A DNA stretch of 63,911 bases, the filler included, from Octopus bimaculoides (taxonomy: Eukaryota), in assembly GCF_001194135.2 (NCBI RefSeq). It is 8 parts of 7 records of this genome, joined end to end, with 100 filler letters (N's around TTAATTAATTAA, not from the genome) between each part and the next. Parts side by side here need not be neighbours in the genome. Positions count along the whole stretch, not along the records: positions 62,349 to 63,911 come from NC_068993.1; 7 more parts are not named here. The stretch is one strand, 5' to 3'. This document shows positions 62,555-63,911 of this stretch, in pieces (within the stretch, counting starts at the first letter, position 1; each line of letters begins with the position of its first letter). Under the pieces are notes generated by a model. That model did no database searches. It was not told the DNA's origin and saw nothing but the letters and a program-made list of their open reading frames with translations. The translations under genes were made by a program, and so were the position numbers.

Positions 62555-63809
62555 CAGGGCGCGTAAGATATTTGAGGACTGATTTATGTTTGCGAAAAAA
62601 CATATATAATAAGAGATAATAACTTTATTTATCAAAAAATGCTATGAATATAAAAATTTACCTTTTTTATAATGTTATTAAATAAAGCCACCTTCACCTC
62701 CAACAACTGCTTCTACATGAGATCTAAATCATCTACATGCTCGAATCAAGTGGTTCTGGTTCATTCTGGACATTACTCTGACCATGACAGTTTTCAAAGG
62801 ATCTTTGGTGCTATGAGCGTGTTCATTGACCTCACTCTCTTTCTCTCAACAACGCTCCACATGTAATAGTCCAATGGATTGAGATCAGGAGAATTAGGAG
62901 GCCAAATGTTAGGGGTTATGTGATCATTAAAATTTTCAATCACCAATTCCTGTGTTACTAGAGCCATGTGTGATAGTGCAGGGTCTTACTGAAACACACA
63001 TGGCTTTCCATTGCATACATTGTCTATTCAGGGCTGAACAATTATTTCCAGGACCTTAATGTAGGTGGCAGTGTAAATTCTAAGGCCTTGTGGAAAGAAA
63101 TAAGGAGGCATCACATGTCCTCCATTGCTGACAACCCTAAAACCATGACAGTTTCAGGAAATTTTGTATGCATAACACTTGGAAATTTAGAAGGGTCTAC
63201 ACATAACCGTCTGTCATTTCTTCTGTTAACGTTTTGATCTTGGTCGAAGGTTTTCTCGTTTGAGAAAGACGAAATCAAATTTGCTGGATTTTTCAGTTTG
63301 TTTAAGAGCCTTTTAGATCTGATATAGTGATTTTCTTTTGCTTTTTCTGATAAATAGACCTTTTTCATCAAAGAAGATTTATATCTTATGTCTTCGTGGA
63401 CAACATTTCTGACTGTTCCTTCTAACACATGGAGACCTTTTGCAATTGACCTCATGGACTTTCTAGGATCGTAATCAACGGTCTGCTGAACTTACTGTAT
63501 AAATAAAGGTGTTCTGATAATTTCTGAGCGTGTAGAATGCTTTTTATGCTTTGATACTAGCGGTACGTTTCCTTCTTCAGTCTTTAACTCCTTACAAACA
63601 TTTTAGACGAAAGATCTGACAAATTTTAATAATCGAGGTATTTCTAATTCGCTATGCGCAGCCTTTATAATCACAATAACAGCATGCCTCTTCATTAAGT
63701 AAGCTGAGGGTCTGCCATTATTATTTTCTGAAACAAAGATTATAGAGAGTGAGCAAAATATGCAGCAATGACCCCCAAATGTATGTCCTCAACTACCTTA
63801 CAAACCCTG
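62555..63809 (-). mobile_element. Full-length inactive maT (DD37D) Tc1/mariner transposon
   Basis: 25-bp TIRs (20/25 match) at 62555-62579 and 63785-63809, TA at the right end; transposase from ATG 63695 to ~62678 with stops; FSNEKTF, FQ*DPALSH and WPPNSPDLNPLDY with 37 residues between the last two Asp. Confidence 0.92.
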
Positions 63810-63814
63810 TATAT

Positions 63815-63911
63815 AGGAGTGGCTGTGTGGTAAGAAGCTTCCTTCCCAACCACGTTGTTCTGTATTCAGTCCCATTGCGTGGTATCTTGGGCATGGTGTC
63901 ATCTACTATAG
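63815..63911 (+). mobile_element. Meta-like SINE head (runs off the window)
   Basis: GGAGTGGCTGTGTGGTAAGAAGCTTCCTTCCCAACCAC. Confidence 0.85.

Overview
AT-rich, gap-ridden eukaryotic DNA dense in microsatellites. The SINE, LINE and Penelope content suggests an octopus-type cephalopod genome (inference). No host protein-coding gene or long intact ORF can be identified; most ORF-track entries are microsatellite or N-gap artefacts. The window is mostly a transposon graveyard: several tRNA-derived SINE families, Dong/R4, RTE and CR1 LINE remnants, a Ty3/Gypsy pol remnant, Penelope-like elements (PLEs), a full-length but dead DD37D (maT) transposon, mariner/Tc1 pieces, and a TSD-flanked 3.7 kb hAT composite carrying a Merlin fragment. 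The most notable signals are (i) several minimal type-I hammerhead ribozymes with palindromic helix III, including a foldback pair at 46.0-46.3 kb and a group with an extra A in the core, (ii) a six-copy head-to-tail SINE array with a 127/128-identical inverted duplicate, and (iii) a few candidate microexons, first exons and hairpins. Family names come from motif recognition by eye, not database searches. Repeat boundaries are approximate unless TIRs or TSDs are quoted.
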